From contig CBDAOY010000005.1 of assembly GCA_965198225.1 (NCBI GenBank), positions 64,001 through 128,000 on the forward strand: a stretch of DNA of 64,000 bases. The letters run 5' to 3'. The DNA comes from Terriglobia bacterium. Lineage in GTDB: Bacteria; Acidobacteriota; Terriglobia; 20CM-2-55-15. The notes below the pieces were generated by a model that saw nothing but the letters and a program-made list of their open reading frames with translations, ran no database searches and was not told the origin of the DNA. Made by a program: the position numbers and the translations under genes. Positions 30,464-37,986 of this stretch are shown here, piece by piece. Within the stretch, counting starts at the first letter, position 1. Each line of letters begins with the position of its first letter.

Positions 30464-30886
30464 TTGGCAAAGTTCTACGGCGTCTCCACAAAGCGGTTGA
30501 ATGAGCAAGTCAAACGGAACAAGGATCGGTTTCCGGCAGATTTCGTATTTCGATTGACGAGTTCCGAGAGGGCTGAGGCAGTCGCGAATCGCGACCACCT
30601 GTAGAGGCTCAAGTTTTCCTGGGCCCTGCCGTATGTTTTCACTGAACACGGAGCTCTGAAGGCAGCCAGCGTTCTGAATGGCCGTCGGGCCGTCGAAATG
30701 AGCGTGTTCCTGGTACGAGCATTTGTGAAGCTCCGTCAGGCAGTCGGACAGGACAGGGAATTGGCTCACCGACTGAATCAACTGGAGCGACGACTGACCG
30801 CTGGGCGGTATCGTCCGAGATTCAGGTCTTTCGATCGCACAGTTCAAGAAGCTGCTGTAGCTCAATCGCAGATCCGATCAACCTGA
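30464..30886 (+). pseudogene. ORF6N (KilA-N-like) DNA-binding protein remnant
   Basis: LAKFYGVSTKRLNEQVKRNKDRFPADFVFRLT, internal TAG at about 30602, then LPYVFTEHGALKAASVLN..VRAFVKLRQ. Confidence 0.82.
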
Positions 30887-31026
30887 TCTATACCAGATCG
30901 GATGTCAAACGACCCCTTGTCATCCCGACACACGATGCGGTCCCAGTGTTCGTGATCAAGAACCTGATTCGCACCGCTGGCCTCAGTCGGGATAGTTGTT
31001 TCGCCCGACCACGCCAAGCTCAATGA
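30880..31026 (+). pseudogene. C-terminal half of a HicA-like toxin
   Basis: LIYTRSDVKRPLVIPTHDAVPVFVIKNLIRTAGLSRD; no N-terminus. Confidence 0.6.
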
Positions 31027-31176
31027 AACGGATACCCCTGTTTCATGACCACTAGGTGAAAAGTGGCTGCTCGGAAAAAAAGGATGATATGGGTTGACTC
31101 GGCTCGACACGACCTCGCATAAGGCAAAAACTCGAACCTCTAGCCTTTTCACCATCACCGGAATACACTTCTATCC

Positions 31177-31380
31177 ATGGCAGATCAGCCGATCACCGTC
31201 ACGTTGAGCACCGAACAGATTGCCAGGCTTAAGGAGTTGGCGACCCGCTGCGGTGTCCCGATTGAGGAGCTCGCGCGAGCCGGGATTGAGGATTTGCTTG
31301 CCCGCCCTGACGACGCATTCGACGAAGCAGCAGAAAAGATACTGCGGAAGAATGCGGAGTTGTATCGCCGCCTTTCCTAG
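31177..31380 (+). CDS. Ribbon-helix-helix antitoxin
   Basis: ITVTLSTEQIARLKELA..PIEELARAGIEDLL..KNAELYRRLS; coupled to doc. Confidence 0.85.
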   Translation: MADQPITVTLSTEQIARLKELATRCGVPIEELARAGIEDLLARPDDAFDEAAEKILRKNAELYRRLS

Positions 31381-31766
31381 TGCGTTATCTCACAACGGGC
31401 GAACTCCTGGAGCTCTACCGCCGGGTTGTGCAGCAATCTGGGGGTGCATTGGGAGTTCGAGACCTCGGCGCTTTGGAATCGGCCCTGGCGCAGCCCAGAA
31501 TGACCTTCGATGGAGTGGATTTATATCCTGAGCTGGCCGAAAAGGCGGCCGCCCTGGGTTTCTCCCTGATTCAGAACCATCCCTTCATCGACGGCAACAA
31601 GCGGATCGGACATGCCGCGATGGAGCTGTTTCTGATTTTCAACGGGTCTGAATTGCAAGCAGCCGTAGGGGAACAAGAATCCGTCATATTGCGGCTCGCT
31701 TCCGGGGAGTTACCTCGCGATCAATTCGCCGCGTGGGTACGCGACCACATCACTCCTCTTCTGTAG
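31380..31766 (+). CDS. doc: Death-on-curing (Fic/Doc) toxin
   Basis: GVRDLGALESALAQP, KAAALGFSLIQNHPFIDGNKRIG. Confidence 0.93.
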   Translation: MRYLTTGELLELYRRVVQQSGGALGVRDLGALESALAQPRMTFDGVDLYPELAEKAAALGFSLIQNHPFIDGNKRIGHAAMELFLIFNGSELQAAVGEQESVILRLASGELPRDQFAAWVRDHITPLL

Positions 31767-31847
31767 AGACGATCTATTCGCCGCCGTGGTTCCCGAAGGT
31801 CCAGGTGCGTGCTGTGATCGCACAAATCGCGGTGACGCGCGCTCACC

Positions 31848-33398
31848 TCATTGCCGACCCCTGTCGTCCGTTCCTGCCGATGGGCGCATGCATTCTGCGA
31901 TGAATCGAGCAAACGGACGAATGTCGTTGTCCACACTTGCACTCTCGAGCGCGGACATGTATTTCGTTCTGTCCTCAACCCGGATAATCGTCCACGGGTA
32001 GCCTCCGGACGCCAACATCGCGTTCATGAGAAACCGCGCTATCCGACCATTTCCGTCGGGGTAGGGATGGATGTAACCGAGCAACCAATGGCCGAGCACC
32101 GCGGAGACTCCCGGCTCGGTCTCCTTGTCCAGAAGATCGAACAGAGCCGCCATGGCGTCACCCACCGCTTCCCAGCGCGGTGGGACATGTCGCGAGCGTT
32201 GTACGTAGACAGGATGGATGCGGTAGCCGGCCAGAGCCGACGGTTCCAGCAGACCGGCCGCTACGCTGGGCTGAAACAGGTGGCGGTACCAATCTTGATG
32301 CACGCCACGGACCAGGGCAGCGGGATCTCGACCACCGATGATCTCGGAGATTGCGTTCCTGACCAGTTGGAACGCATCCCAGTACCCGCGGGCCGCCAGC
32401 GCGTCGCGGTTCTTACGGTCCGCAGCGTCCGCCTCCGGGTTCCAGTCGCCCGACCGGACTCTCTCGATCAACTCTGCCGATACCTGGTAGCCTTCGATAG
32501 ACAAGGAGTGGTAGGCGTCACTCTCATACAGCTCATCGATGACTCGCACGTAGGCCGTCCTGTCCTCAGGAAGACCGGGCGGTGGGGGAAACACCTCAAC
32601 GACGACGTTTCGCCTTGCGTACCAAAGCGCCTCGATTCGCCCAACGATCGGAGTGCGGGGCTGGCTCAGGATCCCGAACGTCTGGTTGCCCGCGAAAGGA
32701 TCGGTCTCGCGCACATCGTAGCCGGCGCCTTTCATGGTTGTGAGGATCTCGTCGGCGATCCCGGGACGGCCAATGCGACGGAACGAACCGGCCAACCGAC
32801 CCGCAACGACCGTGTGCCCCCCATCGAGAAGCCGGCCGAGAACGTCCGAGGCGTGAGAAACGGTCGAAAGCGCGATCTGGGCTTCGGCAGGGTGGCGAGT
32901 GAAGAAGGACTCCGGCACCCGAATCAACGCGGCCTCGGGAGGACAGAGCCGAAGCCCATCCCTCACGACCACGTCGCGGACCGACATCGCTTCGGCCTTC
33001 TTCACGTCAAAAAGGGACGTACCGAACGGCAGGTGAATCGCGTTGTTGGTTCCCCTGGGGCTGTGGATGATCGCCTGGGCCGGAACAACGGTGTTCTCCG
33101 CGGCGTGAAGCAGCGACTGCTCGGGTGACAGGCGCCAATCCTGATCGAAGCGGTAGTTACAGTACGCTGAACAGAACTCCCAGAACGACGCGTACCAGGG
33201 AGTGCTGTCACCTTCGCTCACGTCCGGGCCGGAAGACATGACCCACCCTTTGATGACCTCCCGTAGAAAGCCGTTCTGGAGCAGCCGCTCGCGGTGGACG
33301 CGGGTCAACTCTTTGGACCGGAAAACGCGCCGTCCATCCGCCTGGAGTTTCTGCAGCGCGCTCAAGGAGGCTGCGAGTTTTTCCTTCGGTGTCGCCAT
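31848..33398 (-). CDS. Large Fic-domain protein
   Basis: DAYHSLSIEGY; canonical Fic motif HPYPDGNGRIAR; long N-terminal extension. Confidence 0.9.
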   Translation of the reverse strand: MATPKEKLAASLSALQKLQADGRRVFRSKELTRVHRERLLQNGFLREVIKGWVMSSGPDVSEGDSTPWYASFWEFCSAYCNYRFDQDWRLSPEQSLLHAAENTVVPAQAIIHSPRGTNNAIHLPFGTSLFDVKKAEAMSVRDVVVRDGLRLCPPEAALIRVPESFFTRHPAEAQIALSTVSHASDVLGRLLDGGHTVVAGRLAGSFRRIGRPGIADEILTTMKGAGYDVRETDPFAGNQTFGILSQPRTPIVGRIEALWYARRNVVVEVFPPPPGLPEDRTAYVRVIDELYESDAYHSLSIEGYQVSAELIERVRSGDWNPEADAADRKNRDALAARGYWDAFQLVRNAISEIIGGRDPAALVRGVHQDWYRHLFQPSVAAGLLEPSALAGYRIHPVYVQRSRHVPPRWEAVGDAMAALFDLLDKETEPGVSAVLGHWLLGYIHPYPDGNGRIARFLMNAMLASGGYPWTIIRVEDRTKYMSALESASVDNDIRPFARFIAECMRPSAGTDDRGRQ

Positions 33399-33444
33399 GT
33401 CACTTTCGCCGCTTGGTACCGCTCCACCCTAGCCCGGGCAATCA

Positions 33445-33529
33445 CAAGTGAATTCTGAAGCAGATATGCAAGTATATTATGCTGTATCTGTGTAAGTATA
33501 TTCTGTTCTTCAATCGCAAGTGTATTATG
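33445..33529. repeat. Four direct repeats with exact 24-bp period upstream of the Fic gene
   Basis: CAAGTGAATTCTG (33445), CAAGTATATTATG (33469), TAAGTATATTCTG (33493), CAAGTGTATTATG (33517). Confidence 0.8.
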
Positions 33530-33576
33530 TTTGGAGGAACATAGCCTTTCACCATCACCGGAATACACTTCTATCC

Positions 33577-33782
33577 ATGGCAGATCAGCCGATCACCGTC
33601 ACGTTGAGCACCGAACAGATTGCCAGGCTTAAGGAGTTGGCGACCCGCTACGGTGTCCCGATTGAGGAGCTCGCGCGTGCCGGGATTGAGGATTTTTGCT
33701 TGCCCGTCCTGACGACGCATTCGACAAAGCAGCTGAGAAGGTGCTGCAGAAGAATGCGGAGCTGTATCGCCGTTTTTCTTGA
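33577..33782 (+). pseudogene. Second copy of the RHH antitoxin (2-nt insertion in a T run), no doc downstream
   Basis: 33542-33782 repeats 31141-31380 at a 2400-bp offset; GAGGATTTTTGC vs GAGGATTTGC. Confidence 0.85.
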
Positions 33783-33817
33783 ATCCCGGTAGACTGGCTT
33801 CAAGGCCGGAGGTTCTT

Positions 33818-34114
33818 TTGAAGAACGGGCGTGACGATATCCTGAAGCTCTTGGAAGACAACCGAGACGCTATCAGTGCGTTCGGCGTTAAGAGCCTCGC
33901 TTTGTTCGGCTCCGCTGCCCGCGGGGATGCCGAGACCCACGATCTGGACTTCCTGGTTGAGTTTGAGAGCAAGACCTTCGACGCCTACATGGACCTGAAG
34001 ACCTTTCTGGAGCGTCTCTTTGACAGGCCTGTCGACCTGGTCCTGCGTGATGGGATCAAACCGCGCCTGCGGTCCAAGATCCTCAGTGAAGCCGTAGATG
34101 TCCCGGGACTTTAG
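33818..34114 (+). CDS. mntA: Minimal nucleotidyltransferase (MNT) antitoxin
   Basis: GGAGG RBS then TTG; LFGSAARGD..HDLDFLVEF..VDLV..IKPRLR. Confidence 0.88.
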   Translation: MKNGRDDILKLLEDNRDAISAFGVKSLALFGSAARGDAETHDLDFLVEFESKTFDAYMDLKTFLERLFDRPVDLVLRDGIKPRLRSKILSEAVDVPGL

Positions 34115-34432
34115 GGTTTTCCTCGAGGACATCCTCGATGCGGTTCAGAGGATCCGCGAATACACTTCTGGAATTTCTTCGAGTCAATTCTCAGCCGACA
34201 GTAAGACGTTTGATGCCGTTATCCGAAACCTGGAGATAATCGGGGAAGCAACCAAGAATGTGCGCAGGCTGTCCGAGACAAGAATCCACGAGTCGAATGG
34301 ACGAAGATGGCCGGACTTAGAGACATTCTGATCCACGCGTACTTTGGTGTCGACTCGGAGATCGTCTGGGACATAGTCGAGAACAAACTGCCGACGCTGG
34401 AGGTCGAGGTTCGCCGCATCCTCTCAGAATAA
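34098..34432 (+). pseudogene. hepT: HEPN/DUF86 toxin with 1-nt frameshift
   Basis: DAVIRNLEIIGEATKNV, shift near 34263, then W..MAGLRDILIHAYFGVD..IVWDIV (RxxxxH intact); span 335 nt. Confidence 0.85.
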
Positions 34433-34653
34433 GCCCCTCTCCTGTGTCGGCGGTCTATGCACTGTGCCATCAGTTTCCTTAGTTGCGCGCACAATTTATA
34501 CGCTATTAAGGCACTTTTTCGCGCAATCAAAAAATCTACGCGCAAGTATGGGTCTTACGCGCAACCTGGAGTTCAAACGACTGGCAGGCATGGCCCGCCC
34601 CATTTGGTATCGGATGTGATCAGACATGCACTACTATGGACATCGGAACACCA

Positions 34654-34842
34654 ATGAAAACGCCAAAAGACGAAGTCCGGGAACTTCTGGACACACTAGC
34701 CGATGATGCTTCGCTGGAAGACATCCAATACCACGTATACGTTCGTCAGAAGATCGAGAAAGGCCTCGAAGCCGCCGATGCAGGACAGGTGATCTCTCAA
34801 GAAGAGGTCGAGAAGCGGATGGCTCGATGGCTCGAGAAGTAG
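34654..34842 (+). CDS. Orphan antitoxin, paralog of 28386-28583
   Basis: KDEVRELLDTLADDASLEDIQYHVYVRQKIEKGLEAADAGQVISQEE; overlapping toxin start reduced to MAREVVFC* (34827-34853). Confidence 0.8.
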   Translation: MKTPKDEVRELLDTLADDASLEDIQYHVYVRQKIEKGLEAADAGQVISQEEVEKRMARWLEK

Positions 34843-34854
34843 TCTTCTGCTAGC

Positions 34855-35151
34855 ATGAACTCTATGTCGACAAGTGAAGACGGCATTCAGGTTTCTTTCA
34901 CCACCCATATCTTCAAAGAGGGCGACGCCTACGTCGCCCACGTGCCCGAGTTGGACGTGTCCAGTTGTGGCGCCAGCCCTGACGAGGCACGCAGGAACAT
35001 CCAAGACGCGGTTCGAGGCTTTCTCGAAACCTGTGAAGAGAAAGGTGATCTGAACGAAATCCTGGAGGAAACCGGATATCACTTCGAAGCCGGCGTGTGG
35101 CGCGCTCCCGAGTTTGTCTCACTCGATCACGAAACGCTCACGCTCCATTAA
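34855..35151 (+). CDS. hicB: HicB-like antitoxin
   Basis: KEGDAYVAHVPELDVSSCGASPDEARRNIQDAV. Confidence 0.82.
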   Translation: MNSMSTSEDGIQVSFTTHIFKEGDAYVAHVPELDVSSCGASPDEARRNIQDAVRGFLETCEEKGDLNEILEETGYHFEAGVWRAPEFVSLDHETLTLH

Positions 35152-35228
35152 TGCCTCCCATTCGTCCGGTCCATTACCGGAAGCTTGTTGCAGTCTTCGA
35201 AGCTGAAGGATTCGCTTTCGATCGTCGA
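35151..35228 (+). pseudogene. N-terminal stub of a HicA toxin
   Basis: TAATG coupling; MPPIRPVHYRKLVAVFEAEGFAFDRR, cut before the catalytic GxH. Confidence 0.7.
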
Positions 35229-35286
35229 TTCCGAGTTAGCTGGACACTGGCAGACCGGGGCGAGGTGAGGCAGAATAGAGGGAACC

Positions 35287-35481
35287 ATGAAGTACAAAGT
35301 CGTACTCAAACAGTCTGAAGAGGGCTTTAGCGTGAGCTGCCCCGGTTTAGCGGGGTGCTGGTCTCAAGGTACGACGGAAGAGGAAGCGCTCGAGAACATT
35401 ACAGCGATCCATGAATACCTGGACGCTGTAAACGAGCTCTCCAAGGGAGAAGAAACCCGAGAAGTCGAAGTCACGATCTAG
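35287..35481 (+). CDS. hicB: Short HicB antitoxin (orphan)
   Basis: MKYKVVLKQSEEGFSVSCPGLAGCWSQGTTEEEALENI; followed only by the stub MPRLPG at 35484. Confidence 0.85.
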   Translation: MKYKVVLKQSEEGFSVSCPGLAGCWSQGTTEEEALENITAIHEYLDAVNELSKGEETREVEVTI

Positions 35482-35610
35482 CTGTGCCAAGGCTTCCCGG
35501 ATGTGAAACGAGCCCTTGTACGCAATTCGTGGCATCGAGACCCGATGGCAGGCGTCGGTCTTGACTCACCCATCGACAGTCGATCACCATCGACAAGCCC
35601 CGAATCAACC

Positions 35611-35931
35611 CTATTCGCCAACCCTATAAACCTCGCCCGGCTTGACCTCGGGTATCATGTCGAGAACCTCCGATACTAACGGCAGGAGTGCCTCGAGCTT
35701 GTTACGGTGAGCGATGAGCACGATTACTGCGATATCAAAACGCGAAAGGCTCTGTTGGTAGCTTAAGCGCCGATCCGTGGTGACCAGGACGTCGAACTCG
35801 ACAGACGCGGCGGCGAGGAGATCGCCGTTCGTGTAGGATGCCCAACCCATTTCGGGAGAGGTCCGGACGTGGTGGTCGGGGAGTTGATGAAGAAAGCGCC
35901 GCGGGACGCATTCATCCAGCAGAATCCGCAT
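35611..35931 (-). CDS. DUF5615 PIN-like (VapC45-type) toxin
   Basis: MRILLDECVP, NGDLLAAA..FDVLVTTDRRLSYQQ. Confidence 0.87.
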   Translation of the reverse strand: MRILLDECVPRRFLHQLPDHHVRTSPEMGWASYTNGDLLAAASVEFDVLVTTDRRLSYQQSLSRFDIAVIVLIAHRNKLEALLPLVSEVLDMIPEVKPGEVYRVGE

Positions 35932-36139
35932 GCGAGAACACCGATTCCTTCGCCAACTCCAGAACCGCGATTGCGTGCTCGCGGCTCACCGTCGGAAAGT
36001 CCTCCAGGAAGTGATCAAGGGTATCCCCTTCTTCCAGGTAGTCGAGCAGGGTCTGCACGGGCACTCGTGTCCCGGCAAACACAACGGCTCCACTGAGGAC
36101 TTCATCCGAGCGAGTGACGAGTGGTTCAGGCACGGGCAT
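35912..36139 (-). CDS. DUF433 antitoxin
   Basis: Start MPVPEP; VLSGAVVFAGTRVPVQTLLDYLEEGDTLDHFLEDFPTV. Confidence 0.88.
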   Translation of the reverse strand: MPVPEPLVTRSDEVLSGAVVFAGTRVPVQTLLDYLEEGDTLDHFLEDFPTVSREHAIAVLELAKESVFSHADSAG

Positions 36140-36337
36140 TTGGTCTATAAGGATACTCCAACAAGCGATTTTGCGGAATGTATCGGGGGCGTTCAGCTGG
36201 CGCCCGTGGACTGAAGGCTCACCAACCGGTTCTTCGATCCCCTGGGACGAAAACGTATAACCTCGAAAATCGAATTTCTGGTTGGCGTAAATTCCCTCGC
36301 CGATCGTCATCCTTGCGGTAGACAATCTTCGTTCCAA

Positions 36338-37255
36338 TCAATCTGCCGATCTTCCGGCCGCAATTGCAGTGGCGATGTCCTCGGCTGAGCCTTTAGACAC
36401 GACTCGGTACTCGACAAGTTTCCGGGCCTTCACCCGGCCCCTGACCAGCGTGTCGCAGAAGACCAGGTCCGCCGCCGTGAGGTCCTTGTTCTCCCCTTCG
36501 CCGAGGCAATACGTCTCCAGGGAGTGGCGCTTGCCGATGTGTGGCGCCAGTACACCTCTTGCCGTCTCCAGGAAGTACGGACTGATCGAAACGACCGCAA
36601 CGAGCGCCGGCTTCTTCATGGCCCTCACCATGCTTACCAGTTCGTCGGCTCCGCACGCCTCGAGGGGAAGAATCGCCCGACCGGTCACCATCAGCGGGGC
36701 AAGTTCCGGCACGACTCCGGGCAGGCAGGTGACCAGTGCACCGATGGCCGACCCGCGGTTCGCGGAGAACTCTGCCAGAAGGCACGTTTCGACTGCAAAC
36801 GGCGCGGATTCCGTCAGCTCCGCCCTGAGCAACTTCCCCATTTCGACCGTCTTACTGACCACCAGGACATGGTCCGGGGGCTCGACGAGCAGGCGGTAGC
36901 GGACCCTGTCCTCCAGTTGCTTCAGGCTGTAACCCTTCTCGCGCGCCGACCGGATTGTCGCGTTGATCAAGTCGTCAAGACCCTCCTCGCGGGGGATAAG
37001 AGGTTCCTCGAGGGACCGGACCTCCAAACGTCTGCCCCGGTGTCGCTTGAGCCAATGTCTGTCCACAAGCTCGCCATAGGCCTGGCTGACCGTGTTCGCA
37101 TGAATGTCGTGACGCCGGGCCAACTCCCGCACGCTCGGTAGCTGGTCTCCCGAACGGAGCCGGCCGGTGGCGATGAGAAAAAGGATTTGATCGGTGATCT
37201 GTTGTCGTATCGAGACGTCGCTGTCCCGGTCGATCGAAATGTCGCCTGGTCGCAT
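36338..37255 (-). CDS. GntR family regulator with large C-terminal domain
   Basis: Start MRPGDI; GDQLPSVRELARRHDIHANTVSQAYGEL. Confidence 0.88.
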   Translation of the reverse strand: MRPGDISIDRDSDVSIRQQITDQILFLIATGRLRSGDQLPSVRELARRHDIHANTVSQAYGELVDRHWLKRHRGRRLEVRSLEEPLIPREEGLDDLINATIRSAREKGYSLKQLEDRVRYRLLVEPPDHVLVVSKTVEMGKLLRAELTESAPFAVETCLLAEFSANRGSAIGALVTCLPGVVPELAPLMVTGRAILPLEACGADELVSMVRAMKKPALVAVVSISPYFLETARGVLAPHIGKRHSLETYCLGEGENKDLTAADLVFCDTLVRGRVKARKLVEYRVVSKGSAEDIATAIAAGRSAD

Positions 37256-37380
37256 ACGGATCCTCAGGTAGGGGAACAACCCGATTCTACCCAGACTGCC
37301 GCTTGTGACACTCGAAAAACCGTCACGTCCGAACCCAGCGCCCGGCTCGCTGACGGCTAGGTTGGTGTCGAGGCGAACCA

Positions 37381-37986
37381 ATGACGATTCTCTTTCAGAC
37401 CATCGCAGCAGTCCTGCTTGTCATGTTCGTGGGTTATGGCATGGACATTCGCAGGAAACTCGGAGCGAGGAACTTCGTGCCGGCCGGCTGGCAGGTGCTG
37501 ATGAAAATCAGTTCCTTCTCACTCATCGGCGCCTTCGTCGGGATCACGCTGACGATTCACGAGGTGAATGCCACCGACTGGCTGGGCTTGGTCGCGATGG
37601 CCAGCGGAACCGCATGCGTCGCCGCTGCGAAGCGAGCCCTGGGACGGGCGCACACGTTCACCGGCGAGTACCTCGAAAAGCCGACGCTCGTGACCCGGGG
37701 CATCTATCGCTTCAGCCGGAACCCTCTTTATCTCGGTGTTTTTCAGTGCGAGATCGGCGCCGCCCTGGTCGTCGTGAGCCGGGCGTCTGTCGTTTGGCCC
37801 GGGACACAAGCGTACTGGCTCGCCGGACTCGCGGCGACACTGCTCTACGCAGTTGCGTTCAACCTGAGCATGGCATTTCGGGAAGCACAGTATCTCGGTC
37901 GGTATTTCGGCGAGGACTACCGCCGGTACTCGAAAGCGGTGCCCTTTCTCATCCCGTCGATTCGATCGCGGAAGGAGGCAGCATGA
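37381..37986 (+). CDS. PEMT/ICMT-family membrane methyltransferase
   Basis: Multiple TMs; LVTRGIYRFSRNPLYLG, REAQYLGRYFGEDYRRYSKAVPFLIP. Confidence 0.85.
   Translation: MTILFQTIAAVLLVMFVGYGMDIRRKLGARNFVPAGWQVLMKISSFSLIGAFVGITLTIHEVNATDWLGLVAMASGTACVAAAKRALGRAHTFTGEYLEKPTLVTRGIYRFSRNPLYLGVFQCEIGAALVVVSRASVVWPGTQAYWLAGLAATLLYAVAFNLSMAFREAQYLGRYFGEDYRRYSKAVPFLIPSIRSRKEAA

Noticed and set aside
33445-33529. CRISPR array
   Set aside because: 13-bp degenerate repeats with 11-bp spacers are far too short, and there are no cas genes in the window.
33362-33568. 68-aa ORF with 8-residue periodicity
   Set aside because: The periodicity simply mirrors the 24-bp DNA repeats; it overlaps the Fic start out of frame.
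34443-34470. TGTCGGCGG resembling a Tn7-like end
   Set aside because: No partner end, no repeated TnsB sites matching it and no tns genes.
28300-36200. Integron cassette array as an explanation for the TA cluster
   Set aside because: No attC-like RYYYAAC...GTTRRRY hairpins between genes and no integrase seen.
37305-37982. Extended N-terminus of the 963-aa ORF
   Set aside because: Overlaps the methyltransferase in another frame; the real start is the RBS-preceded ATG at 37983.
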